Virus record (IMG/VR): IMGVR_UViG_2630968800_000004
Strand: one strand, 5' to 3'
DNA length: 44,113 nucleotides
Source of the DNA: a virus
Lineage: Duplodnaviria > Heunggongvirae > Uroviricota > Caudoviricetes
Part shown: piece after piece, positions 10,067-19,981 of the stretch
Layout: the number at the start of each line of letters is the position of its first letter
Position numbering within the stretch: position 1 is the first letter of the stretch
Notes under the pieces: generated by a model
Seen by the model: the letters and a program-made list of their open reading frames with translations, nothing else
Database searches by the model: none
Told to the model about the DNA's origin: nothing
Position numbers and translations under genes: made by a program

Positions 10067-10356
10067 TGGTGGATTTACGTAAAGCGGCGCGGGGGCAGAT
10101 GTGCACCGTCAGAATTCCTGGCTACTGCAATCACAATCCCGAAACTTCTGTGCTGGCGCATTACAGGCTGGCGGGGACGTGCGGAACAGCGACAAAACCA
10201 CACGATATGCAGGCAGCGATTGCCTGTAGCTCATGCCACGATTTAATCGACGGGCGGGTAAAAACCAGCGATTACACCAAAGAAGAATTACGCCTGATGC
10301 ATGCAGAAGGTGTTTTTCGCACACAAGAAATCTGGAGAAAGGAAGGTTATTTATGA
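10066..10356 (+). CDS. YbcO-like small nin-region protein (putative nuclease family)
   Basis: 96-aa cysteine-rich ORF (CTVRIPGYCNHNPETSVLAHY...CSSCHDLIDGR); overlaps neighbours. Confidence 0.45.
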   Translation: MVDLRKAARGQMCTVRIPGYCNHNPETSVLAHYRLAGTCGTATKPHDMQAAIACSSCHDLIDGRVKTSDYTKEELRLMHAEGVFRTQEIWRKEGYL

Positions 10357-10907
10357 TTTACCCAACAAATACAGGCAAAAGCGGGGAACACCTTCGTCTC
10401 ACCACGCTGGAAAGTGTCTGGATTCAGGGAAAACTGCGCATGTGGGGGCGCTGGTCGTATATTGGCGGCGGTAAGACGGGAAATATGTTTAACCAGTTGC
10501 TGGCATCCAAAAAATTGACGAAAACAGCCGTCAATGAAGCCCTGCGCAGGATGAAAAAAGCGGGAATAGAGAAACCTGAGCTGGAAGCGTTTTTGCGAGA
10601 GATGATCAATGGCAAGCAAAAGACCTGGCTGGCGCATTGTACTGATGCAGAGGCGTTATGTATTGATAGAGTCATAAGTGAGGTGCTGGCAGAGCATCCT
10701 GGATTGATTAGTGTCCTCCGGCAACGGTATGAAGGGCGGGGGATGACTAAGCGTAAAATGGCTGAATTGCTGAATGACGCACACCCTGAGTGGTGTTTCC
10801 GGACGTGCTGCAGTCGGGTAGATGTATGGCTAAATCTTGCTGAATATATGCTCTATCTACCGATGCGTGATGCATTCTCTTCCGGGGATCTAAAAACCGT
10901 TTGTTGA
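10353..10907 (+). CDS. Putative late-gene antiterminator Q-like protein (uncertain)
   Basis: 184-aa ORF with AGGAAGG RBS, immediately followed by a late-promoter-like element and terminator. Confidence 0.4.
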   Translation: MIYPTNTGKSGEHLRLTTLESVWIQGKLRMWGRWSYIGGGKTGNMFNQLLASKKLTKTAVNEALRRMKKAGIEKPELEAFLREMINGKQKTWLAHCTDAEALCIDRVISEVLAEHPGLISVLRQRYEGRGMTKRKMAELLNDAHPEWCFRTCCSRVDVWLNLAEYMLYLPMRDAFSSGDLKTVC

Positions 10908-10933
10908 CTCAATCTGTTATCCGGGGCTATATT
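10904..10933 (+). promoter_or_regulatory. PR'-like sigma70 promoter (TTGACT-18-TATATT) overlapping the Q-like stop codon
   Basis: -35 and -10 hexamers read directly from sequence; position typical of lambdoid late promoters. Confidence 0.35.
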
Positions 10934-10996
10934 CCTCACGCGCCAGCAAAATCTGGCGTCGGGATTGGCGTCCCGGATGTTTACGGAGCGATATGA

Positions 10997-11016
10997 GACG
11001 CGCCCGCGTCTTTTTT
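10997..11016 (+). terminator. Intrinsic terminator (tR'-like)
   Basis: GACGCG-ccc-GCGTC stem followed by TTTTTT. Confidence 0.4.
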
Positions 11017-11294
11017 CATATCGTTTGCACAGTCACATTCGCGATTTATGGCGGGCTGTGTGGGGGAGCCGAAAGGCTCGCCGGTTTCCGTACCCGGTTA
11101 CGCCAACCCTGCACAGTTCGCCACCAGTTCGATTGGCGTCGTCGGTGGCGATAATTTCCAAATGTACGGAGTTATCGTTATGACCACTCAAATCTCTGTT
11201 GAAACTCTCTCCCCGATCACCCATAACCAGTGAGGTAGCCTGAGTTTAACGGACACTCCTTCCTGAAATAGAATGGCATCAGAAGGAGCTAATA

Positions 11295-11597
11295 ATGAGC
11301 AGAAAAACCCAACGTTACTCTAAAGAGTTCAAAGCCGAAGCTGTCAGAACGGTTCTTGAAAATCAACTTTCGATCAGTGAAGGCGCTTCCCGATTATCCC
11401 TTCCTGAAGGCACTTTAGGACAATGGGTTACCGCCGCCAGAAAAGGGCTCGGTACTCCTGGTTCCCGCACGGTGGCTGAACTGGAATCTGAAATTCTGCA
11501 ACTGCGTAAGGCGTTAAATGAAGCTCGCCTTGAGCGAGATATATTAAAAAAAGCAACAGCGTATTTTGCACAGGAGTCGCTGAAAAATACGCGTTAA
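11295..11597 (+). CDS. IS600 OrfA
   Basis: 100-aa ORF identical in family to other copies. Confidence 0.85.
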   Translation: MSRKTQRYSKEFKAEAVRTVLENQLSISEGASRLSLPEGTLGQWVTAARKGLGTPGSRTVAELESEILQLRKALNEARLERDILKKATAYFAQESLKNTR

Positions 11598-11632
11598 TCG
11601 AACAATGGCGACAACAATTTCCCATTGAAGCG

Positions 11633-12451
11633 ATGTGTCAGGTATTTGGTGTATCCAGGAGCGGTTATTACAACTGGGTACAGCATGAACCCTCAGACAG
11701 AAAACAAAGTGATGAGCGGCTAAAACTGGAGATTAAGGTGGCACATATCCGCACTCGCGAAACATATGGAACCCGGCGGCTCCAGACGGAGCTGGCAGAG
11801 AATGGCATCATCGTTGGTCGTGACCGACTGGCACGTCTTCGTAAGGAGCTGAGGCTACGCTGTAAGCAGAAACGCAAGTTCAGAGCGACTACGAACCCGA
11901 ACCACAATCTGCCAGTTGCGCCAAATCTGCTGAACCAGACGTTCGCTCCTACAGCACCAAATCAGGTCTGGGTGGCGGACCTGACGTATGTTGCCACACA
12001 GGAGGGATGGTTGTACCTCGCTGGCATCAAAGATGTTTATACGTGTGAAATTGTCGGCTACGCCATGGGAGAGCGCATGACAAAAGAGCTGACAGGTAAA
12101 GCCCTGTTTATGGCGCTCAGGAGCCAGCGCCCACCTGCCGGGCTAATCCACCACTCTGATCGAGGTTCACAGTACTGCGCATACGATTACCGGGTCATAC
12201 AGGAGCAGTCTGGTCTGAAAACATCAATGTCGCGTAAAGGTAACTGTTACGACAACGCTCCGATGGAAAGCTTCTGGGGAACGCTGAAAAATGAGAGCCT
12301 GAGCCACTATCGTTTTAATAACCGGGATGAAGCCATCTCAGTAATACGGGAATACATTGAGATTTTCTACAATCGTCAGCGTCGTCACTCTCGTCTGGGG
12401 AATATCTCCCCGGCAGCCTTCAGGGAAAAATATCATCAGATGGCTGCTTAA
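11633..12451 (+). CDS. IS600 OrfB
   Basis: 272-aa ORF. Confidence 0.85.
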   Translation: MCQVFGVSRSGYYNWVQHEPSDRKQSDERLKLEIKVAHIRTRETYGTRRLQTELAENGIIVGRDRLARLRKELRLRCKQKRKFRATTNPNHNLPVAPNLLNQTFAPTAPNQVWVADLTYVATQEGWLYLAGIKDVYTCEIVGYAMGERMTKELTGKALFMALRSQRPPAGLIHHSDRGSQYCAYDYRVIQEQSGLKTSMSRKGNCYDNAPMESFWGTLKNESLSHYRFNNRDEAISVIREYIEIFYNRQRRHSRLGNISPAAFREKYHQMAA

Positions 12452-13098
12452 AAAAAGAACAAATGGTAGTGTCCGCTATTGCCAGTACACCTCACAGATT
12501 CCTGTTATTACCACCGAACTTTTGGCGCAGCTTTACGGCACTGAGCCGGTGCGTATTCGCCAGAATCATCATGAGAACAAAGTACGCTTCGTTGAAGGGA
12601 AACACTTTTTCAAAGTTGTTGGTAATGACCTTAAAGAATTGCGGGTCGCTTTAAACTACTCACAAAATCCAGTTTCACCCAAAGCCCGCTCCCTCATCCT
12701 CTGGACAGAACGAGGCGCAGCACGCCACGGCAAAATGCTCGAAACCGATCAGGCGTGGGATGTGTTCGAAAAACTGGAAGACTGCTATTTCAGTCAAAGG
12801 GATCCGTCAACGCCAGTTTCATGCCAGAAAAGTTACGACACGCGAGTTCTCTGTTATCAGAGAGGCGGTGTCACTGTTTCCACAATTCAGTTACGGGATG
12901 ATGATATTGTTATTTCCCTTGAGTCATGGCTGGAACTGGCGAGAGCCAATGGTTGGTTTGTTGTTCGCAGAGATAAACTGGTGGAAAGGTTGATGCAGCT
13001 TTAAAAAAGTTCTTGCATTTTTGCACATAAACTGCTTCAATTACGGTAAGCTTCGCAAAGCTGTATCGCGAGGCGAATAGCAGACATGGACACTTGAA

Positions 13099-13124
13099 AG
13101 AACCCGCTTTATGCGGGTTTTTTT
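13099..13124 (+). terminator. Rho-independent terminator after the antirepressor-like gene
   Basis: AACCCGC-tttat-GCGGGTT followed by TTTTTTT. Confidence 0.5.
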
Positions 13125-13174
13125 GTGCCTGAAAAATGGCACAGGGCGTTAAACGCGCTGGTGGTCAGATGAGT

Positions 13175-13203
13175 TTGCAGATGTGATGACATATGGTTAT
13201 TAT
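13175..13203 (+). promoter_or_regulatory. Candidate sigma70 promoter for the tRNA array (TTGCAG-17-TATTAT)
   Basis: Hexamers located about 9 bp upstream of the first tRNA 5' end. Confidence 0.35.
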
Positions 13204-13212
13204 TCTGCCTCC

Positions 13213-13289
13213 GGCCCTTTAGCTCAGTTGGTCAGAGCGAGCGACTCATAATCGCCAGGTCGCTGGTTCAAGTCCAGCAAGGGCCACCA
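13213..13289 (+). tRNA. tRNA with CAU anticodon, Ile2 (lysidine-type, ileX/ileZ-like) or Met
   Basis: Manual cloverleaf: acceptor GGCCCTT/AAGGGCC, anticodon loop CTCATAA, T-loop GGTTCAAGTCC, 3' CCA. Confidence 0.7.
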
Positions 13290-13290
13290 A

Positions 13291-13367
13291 CCACCACTAG
13301 CTCATCCGGATAGAGCATCAACCTTCTAAGTTGACGGTGCGAGGTTCGAGTCCTCGGTGGTGGGCCA
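13291..13367 (+). tRNA. tRNA-Arg (UCU)
   Basis: Acceptor CCACCAC/GTGGTGG, anticodon loop CTTCTAA, T-loop GGTTCGAGTCC, 3' GCCA. Confidence 0.7.
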
Positions 13368-13369
13368 GC

Positions 13370-13445
<76 letters not shown>

Positions 13446-13448
13446 TAT

Positions 13449-13523
<75 letters not shown>

Positions 13524-13637
13524 TGACCTTTCTTAAAGTACTCCAACCTACTGAATCCTAAGGGATACGGCTTTAAGCCTCCTTGCAGAGTTACTTACTG
13601 TAACCCACTGTGTAACCCTCTCAGGGCATGCAGACAT

Positions 13638-15242
13638 ATGATTCAGCTATCCAGTAGTCACAAACTTCCAGCAGTCTACTATCTCTACCAGCGTAACGGC
13701 GTCTACTACTTCCGTCTTAGGGTCAGACAATCAAACAATGATAGAATGACCTCAATATCATTACGGACCAAGGATAGACGCACCGCTATGGCTTACTCAA
13801 GGCACATAAAGGCAGCACTCAAGGCAATACACGCAGACAGACCCAACGCTACCTATGAGGAAATGAGGGAACACCTTAAGGACATCGCTGAGTGTGAACT
13901 GTCTATGGGCCGTTCAGATCTCTTTGAGCCTGACATGAGGGATATCTACCGGGACCAATACGGAGAACTTGGTGAGAGCCTTACCGATGCTCTGGCTAGT
14001 GAGCCGCTAAGCATTGACCAGCATCGTTACATCAATGAGGCCCTGAAGGTGCTAAAAGCCTGTATGAGGCGTATCGAAGCGGGAGACAGTCAGCTTCTGA
14101 TAGATTACGTCGATCTTTTTAATGATATTGATAGGCAAGATAACCAAGCAGACTCTGTGTCCCTATCTGTTAATGCTCCAGAAGTAAAACCAGAAGTTAC
14201 GCCTAGCATTACCATAGCGAGCCTCTTTGAGCAATACGAAGCGGAGAACTATCAGAACTGGAAGCCTGCAACCTTAAGGGAAAACAAGGCGTCACACGCT
14301 GCGTTAATCGAAATATTCGACCATCTGGGTCTCAATGCAGACGCTAACAGGGCTGACATGCTTAGGGTCCGTGATGTGCTCCAGCAGTTACCTAGGAACC
14401 GTAAGCAGCGCTTCAAGGATGTCCCACTTGCTGACCTGTTGAGCCGTGAAGATAAGACAGATTGTCTGGATGTCGTTACCATCAACAACAAGTATCTTAT
14501 TAAGATGGCTGCTGTCTTTAGGTGGGCTGTGCGCAATGACTTGATTAAAAAGAACATGACTGAGGGTCTGGAGCTTAAAGTCCCTCAGCGTAAAGCCTCA
14601 GGGGCCCGTAACGCCTTCTCTACGGAGCAGGTGGGGCAACTACTGGTCGCAGCTAAGGCATACTCTCAGAAGACCTCTGGTAAGCCGTATCATTATTATG
14701 TTACCGCCTTGGCTGCTATCACTGGGGCGAGACTCAATGAAATAGCCCAACTACAGGTCAAAGACGTCAGGACCACTGAGGCGGGAACCGTTTATATTCA
14801 TATCAATGAAGACGATAGTAGTCTACCCGGTAAGAGCATCAAGAACGCTCATAGTGACCGCTGTGTGCCTCTGGTCGATGGGGCCTATGGTTTTATATTG
14901 GCTGACTTTATGGCGCTTGTAGAGACCCGTAGAGGCGCTGACGGTGATGACGCTATGGTGTTCGATGGTCTGCGTCTCATGAAGAACGGTTACGGTGAGC
15001 AGGTGAGTAAATGGTTTAATCGGACGTTGTTGCCTAAAGTCCTCGTAGACCGTAGCGGCTTAGCGTTTCACTCGTTTAGACATACAGTTGCGGCCCAGTT
15101 AAAACAACATGGGGTCGAGTTGGCGTATGCACAGGCGATCATGGGGCATAGTTCAGGGTCTATTACGTACGACCGTTATGCTAAAGAGGTCGAGGTTGAT
15201 AGGCTGGTCAATGTGATGGCTGATGTTTATAAGGAGACCTAG
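13638..15242 (+). CDS. Tyrosine site-specific integrase (534 aa) immediately downstream of tRNA-Gly
   Basis: C-terminal catalytic signature LAFHSFRHTVAAQL...IMGHSSGSITYDRY; N-terminal YYFR-type motif; same orientation as the tRNA array. Confidence 0.85.
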   Translation: MIQLSSSHKLPAVYYLYQRNGVYYFRLRVRQSNNDRMTSISLRTKDRRTAMAYSRHIKAALKAIHADRPNATYEEMREHLKDIAECELSMGRSDLFEPDMRDIYRDQYGELGESLTDALASEPLSIDQHRYINEALKVLKACMRRIEAGDSQLLIDYVDLFNDIDRQDNQADSVSLSVNAPEVKPEVTPSITIASLFEQYEAENYQNWKPATLRENKASHAALIEIFDHLGLNADANRADMLRVRDVLQQLPRNRKQRFKDVPLADLLSREDKTDCLDVVTINNKYLIKMAAVFRWAVRNDLIKKNMTEGLELKVPQRKASGARNAFSTEQVGQLLVAAKAYSQKTSGKPYHYYVTALAAITGARLNEIAQLQVKDVRTTEAGTVYIHINEDDSSLPGKSIKNAHSDRCVPLVDGAYGFILADFMALVETRRGADGDDAMVFDGLRLMKNGYGEQVSKWFNRTLLPKVLVDRSGLAFHSFRHTVAAQLKQHGVELAYAQAIMGHSSGSITYDRYAKEVEVDRLVNVMADVYKET

Positions 15243-15330
15243 AGGAGACCATAGTCTAGGATGACACTTACTACAGACCTGTGTGGTCATGTTTTTGACT
15301 CATAGTTTTCTCTACTTGTCAAGGGATAAT

Positions 15331-15353
15331 TAATACGACTCACTATAGGGAGA
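15331..15353 (+). promoter_or_regulatory. Exact phage T7 RNA polymerase promoter consensus (TAATACGACTCACTATAGGGAGA), copy 1
   Basis: 23/23 match to the T7 class III promoter -17 to +6; predicted +1 G at 15348. Confidence 0.85.
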
Positions 15354-15450
15354 AGGACACAAAAAGTTTTCTCTTCTAGGATGACACTTACTACAGACCT
15401 GTGCGGTCATGTTTTTGACTCATAGTTTTCTCTGCTTGTCAAGGGGTAAT

Positions 15451-15473
15451 TAATACGACTCACTATAGGGAGA
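15451..15473 (+). promoter_or_regulatory. Exact phage T7 RNA polymerase promoter consensus, copy 2
   Basis: 23/23 match; predicted +1 at 15468. Confidence 0.85.
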
Positions 15474-15570
15474 AGGGACACAAAAAGTTTTCTCTTCTAG
15501 GATGACACTTACTACAGACCTGTGTGGTCATGTTTTTGACTCATGGTTTTCTCTACTTGTCAAGGATAAT

Positions 15571-15593
15571 TAATACGACTCACTATAGGGAGA
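15571..15593 (+). promoter_or_regulatory. Exact phage T7 RNA polymerase promoter consensus, copy 3
   Basis: 23/23 match; predicted +1 at 15588. Confidence 0.85.
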
Positions 15594-15779
15594 AGGGACA
15601 CAAAAAGTTTTCTCTTCTAGGACAACTAACCGTAACTTATCGCATCCTTTCAGGGGCGGGATGACCAATTACAGACACCAAGCGTTCTACTTAAAGTGAA
15701 TGCTTCCTGTGTGCTCTGGGTCAGTCGATAAGTGAATAGCAATAAGACACAATCATCTTAATTATGGTCTCTAGTCCCT

Positions 15780-15960
15780 ACAGGGGCTTAACTTAAAGTT
15801 AACTTAAAGACACAATTAAAGATTAACTTATAGTATTACTTAAAGTTAACTTAAAGACACAATTAGAGATTAACTTTAAGTATTAAATAAAAGATTTAAT
15901 TAAAGACCAATTAAAGATTAACTCTAAGGGAATACCTTAAGGGGTGATGATATTTATAAT
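15780..15960 (+). repeat. AT-rich iteron block with two ~50-bp direct repeats built on TTAAAG cores
   Basis: AACTTAAAGTTAACTTAAAGACACAATTAAAGATTAACTT occurs twice (about 15796 and 15846) plus further TTAAAG motifs. Confidence 0.6.
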
Positions 15961-16062
15961 AATCAATCACCAAACCTATAGGTCTTCTCTTGAAGTGGCA
16001 CACTGAATTTGGCCACCTGAACAGAGGTGATATGCTCACCTCAGAACAACACAGGTGCTCCA

Positions 16063-17231
<1,169 letters not shown>

Positions 17232-17239
17232 CCACTTCA

Positions 17240-17320
17240 GTTGAAATTGCTGAGCTGACAGGCAAGGAGCACCGAAATGTCCTTCGTGATATTCGTAAGA
17301 TGCTCGAAGAACTTAACGCG
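17240..17320 (+). other. 81-bp fragment encoding a Rha-like phage regulatory protein N-terminus, trapped between IS911 and IS1
   Basis: Translates to VEIAELTGKEHRNVLRDIRKMLEELNA, similar to the Rha-like gene at 35521-35856. Confidence 0.35.
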
Positions 17321-17375
17321 GGTAATGCTGCCAACTTACTGATTTAGTGTATGATGGTGATTTTAAGGTGCTTGC

Positions 17376-17651
17376 GTGGCTTCCATTTCCATCAGATGTC
17401 CTTCCTGCTCCGCTACTGAAGGCGTGGTGCGTAACGGCAAAAGCACTGCCGGACATCAGCGCTATCTCTGCTCTCATTGCCGTAAAACATGGCAACTACA
17501 GTTCACTTACACCGCCTCTCAGCCCGGTACGCACCAGAAAATCATTGATATGGCCATGAATGGCGTCGGATGTCGTGCCAGTGCACGCATTATGGGCGTT
17601 GGCCTCAACACGGTTTTACGTCACTTAAAAAACTCAGGCCGCAGTCGGTAA
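17376..17651 (+). CDS. insA: IS1 InsA
   Basis: 91-aa ORF. Confidence 0.85.
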   Translation: MASISIRCPSCSATEGVVRNGKSTAGHQRYLCSHCRKTWQLQFTYTASQPGTHQKIIDMAMNGVGCRASARIMGVGLNTVLRHLKNSGRSR

Positions 17652-18073
17652 CCTCGCGCATACAACCGGGCAGTGATGTGATTGTCTGCGCTGAAATGGA
17701 CGAACATTGGGGCTACGTCGGTGCTAAATCACGTCAGCGCTGGCTGTTTTACGCGTATGACAGGATACGGAGGACGGTTGTGGCGCACGTCTTCGGTGAA
17801 CGCACTCTGGCCACACTGGAGCGTCTTCTGAGCCTGCTGTCGGCCTTTGAGGTCGTGGTATGGATGACGGATGGCTGTCCGCTGTATGAATCACGCCTGA
17901 AGGGAAAGCTGCACGTTATCAGCAAGCGTTACACTCAGCGCATTGAGCGACATAATCTGAATCTGAGACAACATCTGGCAAGGCTGGTACGGAAGTCACT
18001 GTCGTTCTCAAAATCGGTGGAGCTGCATGACAAGGTCATCGGGCATTATCTGAACATAAAACACTATCAGTAA
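17570..18073 (+). CDS. insB: IS1 InsB frame
   Basis: 167-aa ORF. Confidence 0.8.
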   Translation: MSCQCTHYGRWPQHGFTSLKKLRPQSVTSRIQPGSDVIVCAEMDEHWGYVGAKSRQRWLFYAYDRIRRTVVAHVFGERTLATLERLLSLLSAFEVVVWMTDGCPLYESRLKGKLHVISKRYTQRIERHNLNLRQHLARLVRKSLSFSKSVELHDKVIGHYLNIKHYQ

Positions 18074-18088
18074 GTTGGAGTCATTACC

Positions 18089-19037
18089 AAAAAAAGCAAC
18101 AGCGTATTTTGCACAGGAGTCGCTGAAAAATACGCGTTAATCGAACAATGGCGACAACAATTTCCCATTGAAGCGATGTGTCAGGTATTTGGTGTATCCA
18201 GGAGCGGTTATTACAACTGGGTACAGCATGAACCCTCAGACAGAAAACAAAGTGATGAGCGGCTAAAACCGGAGATTAAGGTGGCACATATCCGCACTCG
18301 CGAAACATATGGAACCCGGCGGCTCCAGACGGAGCTGGCAGAGAATGGCATCATCGTTGGTCGTGACCGACTGGCACGTCTTCGTAAGGAGCTGAGGCTG
18401 CGCTGTAAGCAGAAACGCAAGTTCAGAGCGACTACGAACCCGAACCACAATCTGCCAGTTGCGCCAAATCTGCTGAACCAGACGTTCGCTCCTACAGCAC
18501 CAAATCAGGTCTGGGTGGCGGACCTGACGTATGTTGCCACACAGGAGGGATGGTTGTACCTCGCTGGCATCAAAGATGTTTATACGTGTGAAATTGTCGG
18601 CTACGCCATGGGAGAGCGCATGACAAAAGAGCTGACAGGTAAAGCCCTGTTTATGGCGCTCAGGAGCCAGCGCCCACCTGCCGGGCTAATCCACCACTCT
18701 GATCGAGGTTCACAGTACTGCGCATACGATTACCGGGTCATACAGGAGCAGTCTGGTCTGAAAACATCAATGTCGCGTAAAGGTAACTGTTACGACAACG
18801 CTCCGATGGAAAGCTTCTGGGGAACGCTGAAAAATGAGAGCCTGAGCCACTATCGTTTTAATAACCGGGATGAAGCCATCTCAGTAATACGGGAATACAT
18901 TGAGATTTTCTACAATCGTCAGCGTCGTCACTCTCGTCTGGGGAATATCTCCCCGGCAGCCTTCAGGGAAAAATATCATCAGATGACTGCTTAAAAAAAG
19001 AACAAATGGTAGTGTCCGCTATTGCCAGTACACCTCA
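18089..19037 (+). mobile_element. IS600, 5'-truncated (3' 949 bp only; first ~315 bp missing at the IS1 junction)
   Basis: Sequence begins inside the orfA 3' end (A-run) and runs to the normal right terminus ...CCAGTACACCTCA. Confidence 0.85.
18176..18994 (+). CDS. IS600 OrfB
   Basis: 272-aa ORF. Confidence 0.8.
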   Translation: MCQVFGVSRSGYYNWVQHEPSDRKQSDERLKPEIKVAHIRTRETYGTRRLQTELAENGIIVGRDRLARLRKELRLRCKQKRKFRATTNPNHNLPVAPNLLNQTFAPTAPNQVWVADLTYVATQEGWLYLAGIKDVYTCEIVGYAMGERMTKELTGKALFMALRSQRPPAGLIHHSDRGSQYCAYDYRVIQEQSGLKTSMSRKGNCYDNAPMESFWGTLKNESLSHYRFNNRDEAISVIREYIEIFYNRQRRHSRLGNISPAAFREKYHQMTA

Positions 19038-19411
19038 GTAATCCATCCAGGCCTGTTGTTGCAGAGCTTGGCGATGATTCAGGCTGGCATTTTTTCAGCC
19101 AGAGAAACCCGGATAACAGCATAGTGTTCACTGTTAACGGACAGGTAATTCCGTTAAATTACGGAAACTTCGATGCCCGCTATAAATATCGAACAGAGGG
19201 GGTACAGGATGTACGGTATGGCCATGAAATGTATTACAGCCCCGGCAGTAACACCGTTTCGTGGAGATTTTGCGCACCTTCGGGACACGGGCTGTCAGGG
19301 ATGGCGATATCGGATACCGGCCGTAACTCAGCGGATAACGTTGACGGTGTGTATTACCGACCACTGCAAAAACTGATTAATGGCACCTGGTATAACGTAG
19401 CGAGTATTTAA
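19038..19411 (+). pseudogene. Side tail-fibre C-terminal fragment (5' part removed at the IS600 junction)
   Basis: ...VAELGDDSGWHFFSQRNPDNSIVFTVNGQ...[21 protein letters not shown], typical tail-fibre C-terminus. Confidence 0.55.
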
Positions 19412-19413
19412 CA

Positions 19414-19958
19414 ATGTTGCATTTAAAAAATATTACTACGGGTAATCCGAAAACAGCAGAACAATATCAGATGACAAAACGATATTCGGTCACCTGGCTT
19501 TTTTCAGAAGACGGAAAAAACTGGTATGAAGAGCTGAAGAATTTCGCCAGGACACAATTAAAATAACTTACACCGGAGACGGTCGCGTGGTGTGGGTCGG
19601 TAAGGATGTGACAGGCATCGAGCCACGCAATGCCAGCGTTATCGAAGTTCCGGATATTACCGCTAACCGCCGCATTACCGCGCCGGGTTACTGGTTTTAC
19701 CGCAATGATGAATTTGTCTTTGACTACAGACTCAAAGCGGAAGATGAGCGTGATGCCCTTCTGGCTCAGGTCAGTGCCCGGACAGGGGAATGGGAAGAAG
19801 ACCTGCTGCTGGGGTTAATCAGCGACGAAGATAAAGAAAAGCTGAAAGCCTGTCGTATTTACGCGAAATCGCTGCAGGCGATGGATTTCAGCACCATCAC
19901 TGATAAATCCTCATACAACGCCATTGAATGGCCCGCCTCTCCGGAAGGTTCTTCCTGA
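19414..19958 (+). pseudogene. Tail-fibre assembly protein (Tfa-like), interrupted by stop/frameshift
   Basis: [40 protein letters not shown]... ends at TAA 19564; the remainder (19587-19958) is in another frame. Confidence 0.55.
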
Positions 19959-19981
19959 TTTAATTTATCGCGAGAAAAACA

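Larger units (their letters stand above)
11231..12494 (+). mobile_element. IS600 copy 2, 1264 bp; simple insertion with 3-bp TSD CAG
   Basis: CAG at 11228-11230 and 12495-12497; full-length termini. Confidence 0.9.
11180..13004 (+). pseudogene. Phage antirepressor-like protein (ORF6N/KilA-N-type N-terminal domain) interrupted by IS600
   Basis: ATG 11180 with GGAG RBS; MTTQISVETLSPITHNQ runs into IS600 and continues in frame after it (IPVITTELLAQLYGTEPVRIRQNHHENKVRFVEGKHFFKV...). Confidence 0.5.
15256..15620 (+). repeat. Three tandem direct repeats of 120-121 bp, each containing a T7-consensus promoter
   Basis: Units start at 15256, 15376, 15497 (GATGACACTTACTACAGACCTGTG...); near-identical copies. 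Confidence 0.9.
17321..18088 (+). mobile_element. IS1 copy 2, 768 bp; no TSD, abuts truncated IS600
   Basis: Full IS1 ends; right flank is internal IS600 sequence. Confidence 0.9.

Noticed and set aside
11048-13004. Shiga-toxin or lysis genes expected downstream of the Q-like gene and tRNA array
   Set aside because: Looked for them; the DNA after the tRNAs encodes an integrase and the T7-type cassette, and the gene before the tRNAs is antirepressor-like.
15331-15593. T7 promoter matches as cloning-vector contamination
   Set aside because: The promoters sit inside three genomic-looking 120-bp tandem repeats with no polylinker, lacZ, ori or resistance-gene sequence on either side, and the flanks are an integrase and an IS911 end; an assembly artefact still has to be excluded with reads.
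15256-15620. CRISPR array
   Set aside because: Repeat units are about 120 bp and directly abut one another with no unique spacers; no cas genes nearby.
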